DNA of 64,000 nucleotides from Pelagomonas calceolata (taxonomy: Eukaryota). Under the pieces are notes generated by a model. That model saw only the letters and a program-made list of their open reading frames with translations. It made no database searches and was not told where the DNA came from. Below are positions 50,878 through 60,767 of this stretch, in pieces. The number at the start of each line of letters is the position of its first letter. The first letter of the stretch is position 1. Where the stretch lies: assembly GCA_918797485.1 (NCBI GenBank), contig CAKKNE010000004.1, positions 3,410,001 through 3,474,000 of the forward strand, read 5' to 3'. The position numbers and the translations under genes were made by a program.

Positions 50878-50899
50878 CTAGTGTCTTACAGGCCGCTAG
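50878..50899 (+). promoter_or_regulatory. CTAG-N14-CTAG upstream motif
   Basis: CTAGTGTCTTACAGGCCGCTAG upstream of the ORF at 51047. Confidence 0.65.
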
Positions 50900-51046
50900 C
50901 CCAGTGCAAAGTGCCCGACAGTCTTCACCTAAAATAGTAGTAGCGGCGCTCTCGCGGAGGACAATCCACACGCGGCGCAGGCCACGCATATCCAGGCCGC
51001 TAGATCCGGCAGTCTCTGATTAGCTGAAGAAGAAAGGTGAAACCAA

Positions 51047-51493
51047 ATGAAAAACCTGCTCGAGCGCACGAAGAGCGGGCGCCGGAAGGGCTCGCTCGGG
51101 CTCGTCCTGGACTCCGACGCCGCCGATGAGGCCGCATCTACCAACGGCGCCGCCGCCGCTCCGGCACCCGCCGACGCCGTCGAAGACGCGAATCACGCGA
51201 CGGCAGGCCCGGCACCCGTCGTCGACGACGCGACGGCGGGCCCGGCGCCAGGCGACGGCGGCGACGGCGCCGCCCCCGACGACGACGGCTCCGAGAGCGA
51301 GCTCGCCGACGACGACGGCATAGGAGCTGCGGGACCTCCGGGACGCGCTCTTCACGGTCAAGACGGCGCTCGTCGAGATGCGCACGCGGTCCTCGCTCGT
51401 CAGCGACTCGTGCGACTCGGAGGACGCGCGCGCGCCGCTGTGATTAAGACCTTTGCGAATACCGGAGTACGCGCTTGCTTTGCTGAGAGCTAG
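51047..51493 (+). CDS. Low-complexity hypothetical protein, possibly frameshifted or spliced near 51320
   Basis: Coding-like codon usage appears to switch frame (ELRDLRDALFTVKTALVEM in an alternate frame). Confidence 0.3.
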   Translation: MKNLLERTKSGRRKGSLGLVLDSDAADEAASTNGAAAAPAPADAVEDANHATAGPAPVVDDATAGPAPGDGGDGAAPDDDGSESELADDDGIGAAGPPGRALHGQDGARRDAHAVLARQRLVRLGGRARAAVIKTFANTGVRACFAES

Positions 51494-51746
51494 GCCGCCT
51501 AGCCGCCCGGCCGCGCCGTGACGCCGTCGCCCCGAGTGTTAGCTCGGAGGCGACGACGGCGGGGGGGGAGCAGGCCGGACGCCGGAATCCCAGGTCCGCG
51601 CCGGTCTGACTTGGTACTTGCGCCGGTGGCGCACGTTGCTTTGCTTAGAGCTAGGCCGCCTAGCCGCGGAGCCGACGCGGGGCCTGCTTGACCGAACGCC
51701 GGCCTCCATACGCCGTCGCCCGAGATAGCTCAGAGGCGGACGGCGG
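51475..51746. repeat. Dispersed hairpin repeat, copies 2 and 3 in tandem
   Basis: TTGCTTTGCT[GT]AGAGCTAGGCCGCCTAGCCGC twice, each followed by a CGCCGTCGCC..GAG..AGCTC..GGCG hairpin. Confidence 0.8.
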
Positions 51747-51789
51747 CGGGGGAAAGCACGTGCTATTTAAATTACTCCGCAACTCCCTA

Positions 51790-52224
51790 CTAGATGTAGA
51801 TCGCGGTGGAGAAGTGGAACGCCGCGACGAGCTGGAACGGCAGCTCGAGGGCGACGAAGACAATCCCAATAGCGTTCATGATGACGTCCACCCGCAGCAC
51901 GTAGAGCTGCGCATAGATAAAATACCAGTAGGCCGTCACGCTGCACGGCGTGAGGAGCAGCGACCAGATCATGGGCCGCAGCATCTCCGTCTTGTTCGAC
52001 TTCGACGCGAGGAAGAGCCGCGCCCACTGGACGACGGCGAACACCAGCACCGTGGCGACCTCGACGGGCCACATGTATTTTGGGTAGTAGTAGCTACTTC
52101 CTTTATAGACGAACGCGCACGCGTTGAAGGCCGTGAAGCCGAGCACGAACCAGTTCTCGAAGTAGATGAGGATCTGCAGCGGCAAACTTGATAGGATCGC
52201 CGTGCGCTGGCCCTGGGCCTGCAT
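51790..52224 (-). CDS. Ciliary transition-zone TMEM216/TMEM17-family protein
   Basis: ILSSLPLQILIYF, RLFLASKSN, QLYVLRVD; four TM helices. Confidence 0.85.
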   Translation of the reverse strand: MQAQGQRTAILSSLPLQILIYFENWFVLGFTAFNACAFVYKGSSYYYPKYMWPVEVATVLVFAVVQWARLFLASKSNKTEMLRPMIWSLLLTPCSVTAYWYFIYAQLYVLRVDVIMNAIGIVFVALELPFQLVAAFHFSTAIYI

Positions 52225-52563
52225 CGCGCCGCCCAGGGTCGAGGGGCTGCCCCCCTTTCAGCTGGGCCGCCGGCCGCGGCGGCGAGCGCTGGTTGTGCTG
52301 ACGGACCACTGGGCTTTTTGTAACCCAGGGCGGATGTCCACCGATTGATATCGACGGTCTCTGCGCGAGCTCGGCGCGATGGTCCGCAAAACAGCTCAAA
52401 ACCGGTGCTCGCGGGTTTGGCTGCGTCCGTGGTAGGAGTCCTCCCGCCCTGCGACGTGGTCTCCATCGTTCGAGGAGACGTGCGCGCGGGTTGAGAGCAA
52501 CGTGCGGGCGCGCCTGTTGCAACTTCGACGACGACGACAAGTCCCAATGATTAAATTAAGCCC

Positions 52564-53286
52564 CTACGCGCTCACGAGCTCCGCGAGCGCGTGCGCGGCG
52601 TCGAGGTCGTGGAAGGACTCGACCGACGCGAGCGACCGCGCGCGCTTCAGCTTCGGCGAGAGCGGCAGCAGCGGCGCCGGCCGCGCGCGCTTCGGCGGCG
52701 GCGCCGGCGCCGCCGGCCGCCGCTGGCAGAGCGAGAGCGCGTTCACGTAGCGCGGCCCGTGCGCGGGGCTCGGCCGCTCCACGAGCCGGTACCAGCGGGT
52801 GCGCCCGCCGACGGCCTCGCACGCGACGCCGAGGCGGCCGTCGGGCTCCCAGTGGACGTCCGCGTCGTCGGAGACATCCTCCAGGCAGGCGGCGGGGTCC
52901 TCCTCGACGGCGTAGGCCGGCGCGTCGTGCCGCGCGGCGGGGTCCGGGTGCACCTCGACCCGCAACAGCTGCTCGAGGTCGTCCGCGTCGCCCGCCGCCA
53001 GCATTCGCGTCACCTCGAAGGCGTCTATTGGTGCGAGAGGCGTGCCCTGCAGGAGGTCCTGGGCTCCCCGAAACCAGGCCGGCGCCGGCCCCTCGAGCAC
53101 CCAGCGGCCGTCGACGCAACGGCTGCCGACGCAACGGCTGCCGACGGCGGAGGTTGTGCGGCGCGGCCGCGCGCGCGTGAATTCCGCGAGGCGGCTGTCG
53201 AGCTCCCACCAGGGCGTCAGGTCGTCCGCCGGGCCCGCGAGCAGCGATCTCGCGGTCGGCTCCGCCGAGCAACTGCCGCTCCACAT
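52564..53286 (-). CDS. Unknown protein, inverted paralog A
   Basis: Extensive identity with 53901-54575 (WVLEGPAPAWFRGA..AAHALAELVSA). Confidence 0.75.
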   Translation of the reverse strand: MWSGSCSAEPTARSLLAGPADDLTPWWELDSRLAEFTRARPRRTTSAVGSRCVGSRCVDGRWVLEGPAPAWFRGAQDLLQGTPLAPIDAFEVTRMLAAGDADDLEQLLRVEVHPDPAARHDAPAYAVEEDPAACLEDVSDDADVHWEPDGRLGVACEAVGGRTRWYRLVERPSPAHGPRYVNALSLCQRRPAAPAPPPKRARPAPLLPLSPKLKRARSLASVESFHDLDAAHALAELVSA

Positions 53287-53900
53287 CCTGCTCGTCTCTC
53301 TTGCGAACTGCATCGTCCAGCGCGGTTGGGTTGCGGTCCCGCACCGCGTAGGTCTTGCACTTGCAATATGATGGCAATTTCGCGCGTCGCAAAAAGCGCA
53401 CTGTACTTGAGATCACTTGCCACGTTCGAGCTGGGATGCGAACCGATTGGCTGTCGGAAAACAACCTACAGCCCCGCTCGCACAGCTGAGGCGCACCGCG
53501 GACGCGATCCTGAGAGAAGGGGAGAAGCGCACCTTCCCCCGCATAGTCGATCGCGCGACGTCAACGAACGCGAGCAAACCAAACTCATCTCCGCGTCGCT
53601 AAAAGCGCTCGTTTGGGCCGGGCACACACTGCGCCGTCGATGACGACACCGCGGAGTCGTTGCGCAAGGGCGGCCGCGGCGTGGCCGACTGGCGCGCGTC
53701 ACGGCGGCGGCGTGGGGGCTTCCGCCTCGCCTGCCGTCGGTACGAGTAGGTAGGATTGAGATCACTTCGTTGGCCGTCCGTACGTTTCTGCGAGGGGCAC
53801 GCACGAGATTTTTTTGTGTGCTGAGCAACAACCAGCAGCGGAAGGAATTGTTATCGCGCATGCCATTGCAAACCGCAAGATGATACGCGCAGCCGCGAAG

Positions 53901-54575
53901 ATGTGGTCTGGCGTCCAGGATAGCGAACCGCCGCAACCGCGCCGCTCGTCTATCAATTTAAAACCCTGGTGGTCACAAGGTGCAGCCGAAACGCACGCGG
54001 CGACGCGCAGCGGCATCCGCGCGCGCGACAGCCGGCTGGTCGACAACCGCTGGGTGTTAGAGGGGCCGGCTCCGGCCTGGTTCCGCGGGGCCGAACATCT
54101 CCGAGAAGGTACGCCCCTTGCGCTGTCGGACGCTTTCCGCGTCACCCAGATGCTCTCGGCCGGCGACGCGGACGACCTAGAGGCGCTGTTGCGTGTCCAG
54201 GTCCACCGGGACCCCGCGGCGCGGTCTGCGCCGGCGTTCGCGGTTGAGTCGGACCCGGCCGCCTTCCGGCAGGAGGTTTCCGACGACGCGGACGTCTACT
54301 GGGGCCCCGACGGCCTCCTCGGCGTCGCCGGGCGTGATGTGGGGAGAAACCGCCATTACCAGCTCGTGGAGCGGCCGAGCCCCGCGCACGGCCCGCGGTT
54401 CGTCGCGAACGCGCTCTCGCTCTGCCAGCGCCAGGCGTCGCGCCCGAAGCGCGCGCGGCCGGCGCCGCTGCTCCCGCTCTCGCCGCAGCTGAAGCGCGCG
54501 CGGTCCCTGGCGTCGGTGGACAACTTCCACGACATCGACGCCGCGCACGCGCTCGCGGAGCTCGTGAGCGCGTAG
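53901..54575 (+). CDS. Unknown protein, inverted paralog B
   Basis: Shares the MWSG start and conserved blocks with paralog A. Confidence 0.75.
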   Translation: MWSGVQDSEPPQPRRSSINLKPWWSQGAAETHAATRSGIRARDSRLVDNRWVLEGPAPAWFRGAEHLREGTPLALSDAFRVTQMLSAGDADDLEALLRVQVHRDPAARSAPAFAVESDPAAFRQEVSDDADVYWGPDGLLGVAGRDVGRNRHYQLVERPSPAHGPRFVANALSLCQRQASRPKRARPAPLLPLSPQLKRARSLASVDNFHDIDAAHALAELVSA

Positions 54576-54640
54576 ACCGGGCGGACCCTGTGTCGTGTGC
54601 CTAAGATATGTTCAAGTCACACACTTACGGCCGGCTGGAT

Positions 54641-56374
54641 CTAGAGCTCCGGCCGAGCCCCGCCTCGGACCCTGAAGGCGTCCGCCGTCGCCGGCCGGTT
54701 GCGCGGGCCGGCGACGAGGTGCGGGATGGCGTCGATGGCGGCGCGCTCGGCGGGCGCCAGCGGCTCGCGCGCGCGGGAGAGCGCGTCCAGGTTCTCGGCG
54801 ACGTGGCCCGCGTCGCGCGACCGCGGGATCGCCGCGTGGCCCGCGTCGACGTGCCAGCGCAGGATCAGCGTCGGCACGTCGACGCCGCGCCGCGCGGCGA
54901 GCTGGCGCAGTAGCGGGTCCGCGCGCGCGCCGACGCCGCGCGGCCAGCCGCTCAGGGAGCTGTAGGCGACGACGGCGATGTCGAGCTCTTTGGCGGCGGC
55001 GAGCACGTCGTCCTCGCCGGGCTCCTGTTCGCCCCTCCGATACACGTCAACCTTGTTCTGCAGGGCGTCGGGGACCCAGATCCCGCCGAGGGCCGGGTCC
55101 TCGGCGAACGCGCGCAGCTCGACGGCGTTGAAGTTCGACACGCCCAGCGCGCGGAGCGTGCCCTTCTTCTGCAGCTCGACGAGCGCGCGCCAGGCCCCGG
55201 CGAGGTCCGCGCGCGCCTTGGCGTCGTTCAGGAAGTTGAACGCGGAGTGCAGGCTGTAGAGGTCGACCGTCTCGACGCCGAAGAAGCGCAGCGTCTCGGC
55301 GACGCGCGCCTTCGCGCCGTCGTACGAGAGGTGCGCGCGGTCCGAGAGCTTCGAGGCGAGGAAGGCGCGGCCCGGACCCCCGGATTGCGCGAGGGCGCGG
55401 CCGACGGCCGCCTCGTTGCGGTAGGCCTCGGCCGAGTCGATGTGCACCGGCGGCGCCGCCGGGTGGGCCGCGGCCCAGGCCAGCGCCGCGCCCACGCTCG
55501 CCTCTGACTCGTGCTCGTCGAGCCAGCACGTGCCGAGGCCTAGGACCGGGAGCTCGACGCCCGCGCGGGGCAGCGGCACCGTCGTGCGTTGCGCCTTCCG
55601 CCCGCGCCACCAGGACTTTACGCCCGTTTCGGCCGCGCCGGCGGCTTCGACGACGATCTTGCCCTCCCAGCTGGCCGGCAGGGCCGAGATGGCGCCCCGC
55701 AAGTTCTTCGCGATGCGCGGGAGCTCGCGGAGGCTCCAGTCCAATCTGCGCGGGTCGTGATGCACGTCGAGGGCCGCCAGCGTGTGCTCCTCCGTGGCGG
55801 CCGCGAAGCGCCGAGCGTTGGCGTCGTCGGGCGGCGCAACCGCCCTAAACAGCCGTGCCGCGTAGAGCGCGTACTGCTCCGCGACGGCGGCCGCGGCCCC
55901 CGCGTCGTCCTCGGGCAGCGTCACGTCACTGGGAAGCTCGCCCCGCAACACGATGCCCTCGAATTCGGCCACGCGCTCTTCGAGCGCGGTGTGGCCGTCG
56001 AGCGCGAGGCGCGCGCCGTCGAACAGCGCCGCCTCGGCCGGCCGCCGCGGCGGCGCCGCCGGCAACGCGACGGGCAGGCCGAGCGCACGCCGCGCGTCGG
56101 GCGCCCAGAGCCAGCGGTGGCTGCAGGCCGCCGCGCAGTGGAGATTCATAAATCTCACGTTCTTGGAGCACTCGTCGGCTTCGGCCCACGAACGGCAGTC
56201 GTGTTCCGGGCTCGGCGGCGCCCGCGCGTCGCTCGCGCACGCGGCGCGGCACTCGACCAGCATGAATTTGTGGTTCTTGACGCACTCGCCCTCCCGCGCC
56301 CATTGCTCGCATTTCTCAGGGGTGGCCGCGCCGCGCGCGCCCAGGGCAGCGAGGCCGATGCAGAGCAGACGCAT
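54641..56374 (-). CDS. Secretory aldo-keto reductase with two N-terminal ShKT domains
   Basis: CEQWAREGEC..C..AC twice; LGLGT, IDSAEAYRNE, GVSNF, IPRS; C-terminal RPEL. Confidence 0.85.
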   Translation of the reverse strand: MRLLCIGLAALGARGAATPEKCEQWAREGECVKNHKFMLVECRAACASDARAPPSPEHDCRSWAEADECSKNVRFMNLHCAAACSHRWLWAPDARRALGLPVALPAAPPRRPAEAALFDGARLALDGHTALEERVAEFEGIVLRGELPSDVTLPEDDAGAAAAVAEQYALYAARLFRAVAPPDDANARRFAAATEEHTLAALDVHHDPRRLDWSLRELPRIAKNLRGAISALPASWEGKIVVEAAGAAETGVKSWWRGRKAQRTTVPLPRAGVELPVLGLGTCWLDEHESEASVGAALAWAAAHPAAPPVHIDSAEAYRNEAAVGRALAQSGGPGRAFLASKLSDRAHLSYDGAKARVAETLRFFGVETVDLYSLHSAFNFLNDAKARADLAGAWRALVELQKKGTLRALGVSNFNAVELRAFAEDPALGGIWVPDALQNKVDVYRRGEQEPGEDDVLAAAKELDIAVVAYSSLSGWPRGVGARADPLLRQLAARRGVDVPTLILRWHVDAGHAAIPRSRDAGHVAENLDALSRAREPLAPAERAAIDAIPHLVAGPRNRPATADAFRVRGGARPEL

Positions 56375-56574
56375 CCTGCCGCTGCGCGTGTGCGTGTGGG
56401 GCCTCAAGGCTCGTGGAAAGCAGTGGTTTCACACCGTGTCACGAGCCACGGTGAGCAGCGCTGGCGCAGCCAACACGACTTTGCAGCGCAATCGTGCTAT
56501 TCCAATGGCTGGATGCCTTGCGGCGCTCGCAAGGCAGCTGTCGGTAAAAAACAAAAGCAGCCGAGAAGCCCGAG

Positions 56575-56594
56575 CTAGCGCTGTAAGACACTAG
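56575..56594 (-). promoter_or_regulatory. CTAG-N12-CTAG upstream motif
   Basis: Reverse complement reads CTAGTGTCTTACAGCGCTAG, in a head-to-head gap. Confidence 0.65.
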
Positions 56595-56741
56595 GGATCT
56601 TGCTCCGATCGTCAAGCATCGGTCAATCATCACGCGGTGCCAGCTGAGTAAGCAATTTATAGATCACCAGGAACTGTCCTCTTGCCCGCGGCTGCCCGCA
56701 TCCATCGGGCGGGCAGCCCTTTCAGTAAGAGAGGCTGCAGG

Positions 56742-57821
56742 ATGGGCGCGCCGCGGCGAGGACCGCCCGCGCGCAAGAAGCTGCGCATGCTTGCCGCGGC
56801 GGGCTTGGCGGTCGCGTGGTGGTTCGCGTCCACGGACCCGCTCTGCCTGACGGAGGCGGAGTCCGCGGCCGCGTACTACAAGGACCACATCCGGGACTTC
56901 TCGAACAAGGCGGACTTTCGCGGCGTCGAGCGGCTCCTCGCCGTCGCGAGGACCGCGGGCCTCTGCGCCGACGCGGCGCGGGCGATCCTCGTGGCCGGCG
57001 TGAACGAGGGCCAGCTGTCGGACGTCGTCCTCCGGAGCTGCCGCGGCGCGGCCTTCCACGGCTTCGAGATCCAGCGCGACGTCTTCCGGCGCGCGCGGCT
57101 GCGCCTCCGGCGGGACCACGGCGCCGCGCGCGTCGCGATGCACCGCGCCGCGTGGTCCGACGCGGCCGCGGCGAAGGTGGCCTACAGCGGCGAGGGCGAG
57201 ACGGCGTCGCTGTTCGTTCCGGACGAGCGGGGCCGCTTCGGCGACTGGGCGCGGCACGCCGCCGACGGCGTCGCGACGGTGCCGCTCGCGGACGTCGCGG
57301 ACCGGCTCGCGAACAGCTCGATCCTGTACGTGGTCGTCGACGTCGAGGGCCACGAGCCCAAAGTCCTGCGGGGCATGCATCTGGAACGGGGCTACGCGAA
57401 GCGATTCCCGCTGTTCCAGTACGAGCTGGGCGGGACCTGGGGCCACCACGACCCGCGGCACAACAATGACTGGACGCAGGGCCGGGCGGCGGGCTACCTG
57501 CAAGACGCCGGCTACGAGCTCTACCTCGTCGCGACGACGGGGTGGCTCCGCGTCACCCCCGACTTCTTCCCGGCGGCGAGCTTTTTGAACGGGGGCGACG
57601 GCTGCTGCGCCAACGGCAACGTGCTGGCGGTCCATCCGGACCACGCGCCGCCGCCGATCGTCGCCGCCGTCCGCGCCGCGGCCGCGACGCACGCGCTCGC
57701 GTTCGCGGCCCGCCCCCGCGCCTGCCGCCGCCTCCGCGCCGCGCACGCGCAGGTCGCGGCGTGGTGCCGCGCCCAGCCCTCGCCGGCGCGCTGCCTCGCG
57801 CAGTGCCGCGAGGAGCGATGA
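56742..57821 (+). CDS. Type II membrane FkbM-family methyltransferase
   Basis: AGVNEG, FHGFE, VVVDVEGHEPKVLRG; signal anchor. Confidence 0.75.
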   Translation: MGAPRRGPPARKKLRMLAAAGLAVAWWFASTDPLCLTEAESAAAYYKDHIRDFSNKADFRGVERLLAVARTAGLCADAARAILVAGVNEGQLSDVVLRSCRGAAFHGFEIQRDVFRRARLRLRRDHGAARVAMHRAAWSDAAAAKVAYSGEGETASLFVPDERGRFGDWARHAADGVATVPLADVADRLANSSILYVVVDVEGHEPKVLRGMHLERGYAKRFPLFQYELGGTWGHHDPRHNNDWTQGRAAGYLQDAGYELYLVATTGWLRVTPDFFPAASFLNGGDGCCANGNVLAVHPDHAPPPIVAAVRAAAATHALAFAARPRACRRLRAAHAQVAAWCRAQPSPARCLAQCREER

Positions 57822-57954
57822 CCCGGGGGGACACCGGGGTGTCGGTTTGCCACTTCCCAGGTCATTCGTTCGACCAGGCAGAGTATTTACCTAGGTGTTT
57901 ATCGTACTAGAAGTATCACAATGTACTCCAACAAGGGAGGCGAAGCGCGCCTCC

Positions 57955-60598
57955 TCATGGGGGGGGGGCTCCTACGGCCACCATGCGCGTACAATTCTGC
58001 CCGCACCGAGGAAGCCAAGCGGCCCGCCTCGCCTCCTCTATGAGACGGCCCCAGTTGCTCGCAATCGTGAGGACGTAGGACCGTGCCTCGAGCGCTAGGA
58101 TGAGCGACACGAGGGACTCGAGGCCAAGCGCGCCGCTAGACCGACGCGCAAAATCGACCGGAGAGAGCTCGTCGCGTCTTTTCGGTTTATGTTTGTGTTT
58201 CTTTTCATTTTTCTTTCGTTTTTCGCCTGTCGGAGCATCCGCGCCGCGAGAGGCCTGTAAGATGGCGGCCGGATGAGTGTAGACAACCCAGCCTTCGCGG
58301 AGGACGACTGCCTGTTGGAAAGCTTCGAGCGCCGTGTAGTCCTCCGTGACGACAAAAATCGGGACCTCGCGACTCGGATGACGAGGCCGGTCGGCGAGGA
58401 GCCGGTCGACGGCGGCGACGTACGTGTCGATGGCCGTGCGCGGGGACTCCTTATATTTGTCTCCCCAGCCTGCGTGCAAGACTCACTTCTCGGCGACGAC
58501 CCGATCGCGCTGGCTACGAGTTGTGGACGGATGGTAGGCCAGGAGACCGCCGAACCGCCACAGGCAAGCCGTCGTGTGAAGGCGCACAGGCAAGCCGTCG
58601 TGTGAAGGCGCCTGGAACATGAATTGCGCGCCGTTCCCGGCGGATGTGAACAGTTATCAGATCCTTCGGCGCGCCGGCGCGCCCGAAGATCACGCGCGCC
58701 GCCTTGCGCGCGCGGTCGACAACCTTGGGCTGGAGATTTTCCAACATGAAGGCAACGGGCGCATCCAGGCCGTGAACTCCGTCGCTCTGGCCGGAAAAAG
58801 ACGCCATTGGCATCGGCGAGAACGCCGGCGGTGCGGTAGGCGTCGCGCGCACCGGCCCCGCGCCGTCGCCGCCGTCGTCGTCGTCGCTCCTCGCGACGCC
58901 GGGGTTCGCCAGGGCGCCAAAGTAGCACGAGAGCGGCGCGAGGAGCTCGCGGCGCGTGCAGAACGCGGGGTCGTCCCAGATCCAGGCCCGGCTCGACAGG
59001 CGCGGCAGGACGCGGCAGGCCGCCTCCGCGCGGTCCGAGAACGAGTGCCGCGCCGTGCCGCTCGCGTCGGCGCACGACACCGCGCCCCGGGGCACCGCGA
59101 CGAGGGTCAGGTTGCGCTCGTCCGCCCAGAGGAGCGCGTGGGCCCACTGGTGCAGGTCCGAGCCGAACCCGTAGTCCGTGAGCTCGTAGGCGGCCGCCGC
59201 GCCGCCGGCGCGCTGGCGCGCGCCGACGCGGCGCGAGAAGTCCGAGGCCGCGACCGCGCCCGGCTGCCCCCAGGGGAACGCGAGCGGGGCGCCGCCCCCG
59301 TCGGTCGCCGCGGCGCCGTGGTCGTAGAGTCCGTCGGCGCAGGCGCCGCGCGGCCGGGCGCCGGGCGCGAACCACGCGTCGACGGCGAGGCTCGGTTCCA
59401 CGAAGCGGTCCGGCGCCCACGCGCGCGCGCCGTCGGCACGCTTGCGCGATATTTGCGCGGCCATGAGCGAGAAGCTCGAGTGGCCGGCGACGAGAACCTC
59501 GGCGTCGACGAGGAGAAAAAACGAGACGAGGGCGTGGAATTCCAGCGCGGCGCCGGCGACGTCCGTGTGGCGGCTGCGGTGCGCGTCCGCGGCCGACACG
59601 GCGAGGACGCCGGCGCCGAGTCGCGCGCAGGCCCGCTCGACCGCGGGCGAGTTCGAGGCCACGAACACGGACGCCGGCGCCACGCCCGGCGCCGATCGGA
59701 GGCACGCGGTGGCGTCCGCGGCCCGGCGGAGGTACGCGAGGCAGAGGTGCTGCGGCGGCTCCCGCGCGTGGAGCCGCTCCTGCGTCAGCGGGCCGCGGAC
59801 GTAGAGCGGGTTCTCGCCGAACGCCGACCGGACGTGGACGGCGGCGTAGCGCCGCGCCTGGCCCAGCGCGTCCCTGCGGCGGTCGAGTTCGGCCCGCAGC
59901 GCCGCCGTCCTCGCGAAGAACGTGTTGAATCGGCAGTGCGCGTCGTCGGTCCGGCGATCCACCTGGTGGAAGCCGGCCGCGGCCCGGAAGTTGCCGACGG
60001 CGTCGCGCACGGAACCGGGCTTCGCGTACGCGGGCGCCAACTCGCCCCGAAGCAGCGCCCGGAACTGCGCCCAGCTTCCCCGGGCGGGGCCCGTCGAGCG
60101 CGTCGCGCGGCCGAGGAGGCCGAGGAGGCCGAAGAGGAAGCCCCCGCGCGTCGCCGCGGTCTCGGGCGGGTCCCGTCCGAGCGCGATCCAGCCGTCGCGG
60201 TACGAGAACGTCTCCAGCGCCCGGGTCGCCGCGGGTCGCGCGTCGCACGACGCGTTCCACGGCACGGCCGCCGGCGCGACGGCGCGCCGGAAACCGGCGA
60301 AACCCTCGAGGTCGATCCACAGCATCGCGTCGACGCCGTACGCCACCTTCGTTGCGTCGTCCAGCGTCATGAGCCAGTTCCCGACCGACGAGTACGCCTT
60401 GACGCACACGCCCGGCCCGCCGCGCGCGGCCGCGCGCGCGGCAACGTACCGCCGCGACGCGGGGCACGGCGGGCCGTCCCAGTCCCAGGGCGCGAAGGGC
60501 GCCGCATCGGCCACGACGAGTACGACGGCAGCCACAAGCGCGACAGTGGGCCGCGGGCTGCGCGGGAGCCTGTTTGCACCATCCTCTGCGAATGTCAT
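57955..60598 (-). CDS. Tandem two-domain GT-B fucosyltransferase-like protein (NodZ/GT23-like); exons 60598-58642 and 58469-57955
   Basis: Domain 1 AVHVRS..VFVASNS..SSFS; domain 2 GFGSDLH..TVHIR|WGDK..IFVVTED..SNWGRLI. Confidence 0.75.
58470..58641 (-). mobile_element. Introner family B, 172-nt GC-AG intron
   Basis: TSD GCCGGGAA / GCTGGGGA; ends CGGCGCGCAA / TTGCACGCAG; internal 26-nt tandem duplication. Confidence 0.7.
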
Positions 60599-60767
60599 CA
60601 CTCGTTGCAGCTCGTGTGGGCAGCTATAATATTATATTTGCATCCTCCCGCAGCACATTGCCACATGACAAGGACAATAATGCCCCAAGGCCGGAGCGTA
60701 GCTCTTTTTACAACTCGTAGGTAATCTGCATAAATCAAGATGAGACCGAGCGTGTGTGCCCAAATTG

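Noticed and set aside
57891..57910. CTAG-N12-CTAG in a convergent gap
   Set aside because: It lacks the TCTTAC and CG core and is probably coincidental.
58095..60724. 700-790 aa Arg/Ala/Pro-rich overlapping ORFs, and many similar ones window-wide
   Set aside because: Stop-poor alternate frames of GC-rich genes with no domain motifs.
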